From assembly GCA_965603825.1 (NCBI GenBank), contig CBFDEM010000004.1, positions 868,001 through 932,000 on the forward strand: DNA of 64,000 nucleotides. The letters run 5' to 3'. A program made the position numbers and the translations under genes. This DNA is from Blepharisma stoltei ATCC 30299. Its lineage: Eukaryota > Protista > Ciliophora. The notes under the pieces were generated by a model. The model was not told the DNA's origin. It saw only the letters and a program-made list of their open reading frames with translations, and searched no databases. Positions 60,001-64,000 of this stretch are shown here, piece after piece; position 1 is the first letter of the stretch; every line of letters begins with the position of its first letter.

Positions 60001-61509
60001 GTATCTTCAGTAAAAGGTCTGAAACCTCATAGGATTCCGATAAGGTCAAGAATTAAAGGCTCTCCACTAGTTTTAGCTCCAAATCAGCTTGGCGTTAATT
60101 ACAAAGTAGACCCCCCTATTTTATCATTAGGTACCCTCCTCTCCTCAGGCCAGCCTCTTTCTAAAAAAATAAAACTCTACAACAGCGGGCCTAAAGACAT
60201 TTGGCTTGACTGGAAAATCTTCAATTACAAAGACCTTGCCGCCCGTGAAGACGGGATTTTCAAAATTTCCCTGGTCCCCACCACAATCCAATATTCCGCT
60301 GATGACGAAAAAATTGACCTTTTTGACGTAAAATTTCAAGTCACAGAACCTGCCGAAAAGCCTTCCCCATTTTCTATATCTCCCAAAGAAGCCATTATTT
60401 CAGGCAGAAAAGAGACTATTTTTACTATAAGTTTTACTAGTGAAATAGAAGAAATGCATGAAGCCGTGATTTTGGCACACCCAAAAATTGTAGAAGAAGA
60501 GGACACTGTGCTAGGGGAGCTTGGGATTAATTTGCAGGCTAAGACGATTTTGCCTTGGCTTCATGTAGATAAGGTGCAGAGGGCTGATGGGTTTTATTAT
60601 TTAGCATTTGATGGATATTCAGCTGGCGGGCCAAATGGGATTAAAGATATTGGACTTTCTAACATTACGTCAGCTATCCTTAGTTTTACTATTTTAATAG
60701 AAAATGGACCTTTTATGATCGTCCAAGCCAAAAGTTCTGCACCTATTTATTTACAAGATTATGAAGGAGGTGCTGTAGCTGACAAAGTAGAGCAGCTTAA
60801 GCTAAAGAAAACTAGTAGTAATTTACCAATAACAGAACAAAAGTATACACTTGCCCCAGAAGACAACCTACAAGTATTTATCAAATTTTTAAAACCAAAT
60901 CTTAACGATATTGATGCCTGGCCTTTGGCTTCTCGGTCCTCTATTGGTGGCTCCTTTTTAATCCGTTTCTCAAATGGCCACGAGCAGCGGCTAAAATTAG
61001 AGGCCAGATTATACAGACCAAAAATAATCATAAATTCAGAGCAGTCAGACGAGTTTAAAAAGCTAATAGAACAAGACTTTGGGATAGTAAATATTCAGTT
61101 CTCTAAAAAACTGTCTCTATTTTTATCAAATGTAAGCCCTGTGGACGCTAAATGGAGACTTAATTATGTTCAATACCCTAAAAAGAAAAATACTGGCTGG
61201 AAAACAATGACTAAACAAGAAAAAGAAGACGATACTATTTTAGATGACCCTGAGGTGTTCCAGTTTTCTATTTCAGAAGGGGTGCTGAAAGGGCCTTCTG
61301 TACCTTTAAAATATACCCCAACTGGTCCAGCGCTTCCGCAAGCCCTAAACCAAGACTTAGAGAAGCTTCCTTTACAAATCCAAATATTATTTAAGCCAAA
61401 ATTAGACAAATTGTACAAATCAATGTTCAAAATTATCACTGAAGGAGGGCCTGACCTAGATTTTGTGCTTAAAGGAAGAGGCTCGTATTTAGAAGAATAT
61501 GATCGTTAA
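57016..61509 (+). CDS. DLEC1: DLEC1/CFAP81-like ciliary protein with multiple ASH/PapD-like domains; TGA=Trp at 59125
   Basis: FTEYEEGGVYE..IAPGM..EYDDEF..VPLRARREPPNLTL near the N-terminus, repeated NxG/NxS..F.W ASH motifs, C-terminal LKGRGSYLEEY. Confidence 0.8.
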
Positions 61510-61561
61510 AATTTATTAAAAATAGGAATTTTCTTATTAGAAATTTTAGTTAAAATGCAAT

Positions 61562-62287
61562 ATGGATATCTCAATCAATGGGACAAGAAATGTGCTTATT
61601 AAAAAAGCTCTTGCTTATAACAAAAAATACATATATAGAAAAGCGGAAAAACAGAAAAATAATATACAGGACTGATATGGGATAAAGGCGATTAGTTTAT
61701 CAAAACCTCTGAGGGCTACGTCATTAAATTCTATTAATGCTCGCCACAGAGGAGTTTTACTTGAGAACTCTGCCAAGATTGCAAGAGATCTGCAAAGAGA
61801 AAAACTTAAAGCGAGGTATAAAATTTATGTCAGAGAAGCTGATCGAAATTTTAATGACAGTGGGAAATTATTTAATAAAGAAGAAACCTTTAGAGATCCC
61901 GATTTCATTGACCACAGCACCTGCCTTCACAAATACTCTGACGAAAGCCAAGCTTCTCCCTTCTTCAGATCTTGCAGCTCCCGAAGCTCCCCCTTCACAA
62001 ACGAGCTTCTTGTCTCTTCTAATATTTCCATCGACTGAAAAAACGCTGTCCAAAAAAAGCTCTCCACAGTCAAAATCCTAAAAAAAGAAAAAAAACACAT
62101 GAAATTGCCTCGAAAATCGTTAAAATTTATCAAATGTGAAAACAAAGAGCCTTTATATTCCCCTACAATGTCCCAGGTTTTTTTAAAAAGAAGTTTAAAC
62201 TCCAAGTCAAATACCTCGTCTCCTCACATTTTTGATGTCAGTGATATGTTTAACATTTCAAGTGGCAAAATTAAGCTGAAAAGATAG
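61562..62287 (+). CDS. Hypothetical basic protein (241 aa); TGA=Trp at 61673 and 62036
   Basis: ATG 61562 frame is open through two TGA into track ORF 62099..62287 and fills the gap between its neighbours. Confidence 0.65.
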
Positions 62288-62327
62288 TAAAATCTCTATA
62301 ATTTCCTTTATTTACCTTATTTAATAA

Positions 62328-64000
<1,673 letters not shown>

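Noticed and set aside
11632-61509. Mass pseudogenisation or selenocysteine as explanation for in-frame TGA
   Set aside because: TGA falls at conserved Trp positions rather than catalytic Cys, frames are otherwise intact, and no SECIS was evident.
61737-62081. Track ORF of 114 aa, and the many antisense or alternate-frame ORFs such as 23197..23790, 54809..55294, 63296..63589, 46439..46624
   Set aside because: Shadow frames of longer TGA-read-through genes or of the tRNA; no recognisable domains.

Overview
Gene-dense, AT-rich eukaryotic DNA, most likely macronuclear DNA of a heterotrich ciliate of the Blepharisma type (inference). The supplied standard-code ORF track is fragmented for two reasons visible in the sequence. 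First, TGA is a sense codon for Trp: I count about 43 in-frame TGA in 19 genes, many at family-conserved Trp positions, and every complete gene ends in TAA or TAG. Second, genes carry tiny 15-16 nt GTA...TAnnYAG spliceosomal introns (9 found). Re-read this way the window holds about 31 protein genes, including a large USP, R2R3-Myb, SK-type K+ channel, ABCA, MFS, a CNBD channel, an M14-like membrane protein, MAPEG, VPS10/sortilin, RINGv-FHA, BTB-SPRY, TMX2, BRX1, bacterial-type citrate synthase, P4-ATPase, DLEC1 and a calcyphosin-repeat protein, plus a decayed kelch-like pseudogene. The most interesting element is a cluster of three identical tRNA-Trp(CCA) genes whose anticodon stem has only 4 bp (A27:C43 mismatch), the architecture known to promote UGA decoding, lying among the genes that need UGA read as Trp. 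Also notable: a KCNH/HCN-type channel with no voltage-sensor domain, a 1-nt frameshift just before the second ABC signature of the ABCA gene, a catalytically dead M14 membrane protein, and a 14-bp tandem intergenic gap. All coordinates and translations were done by hand without database searches.
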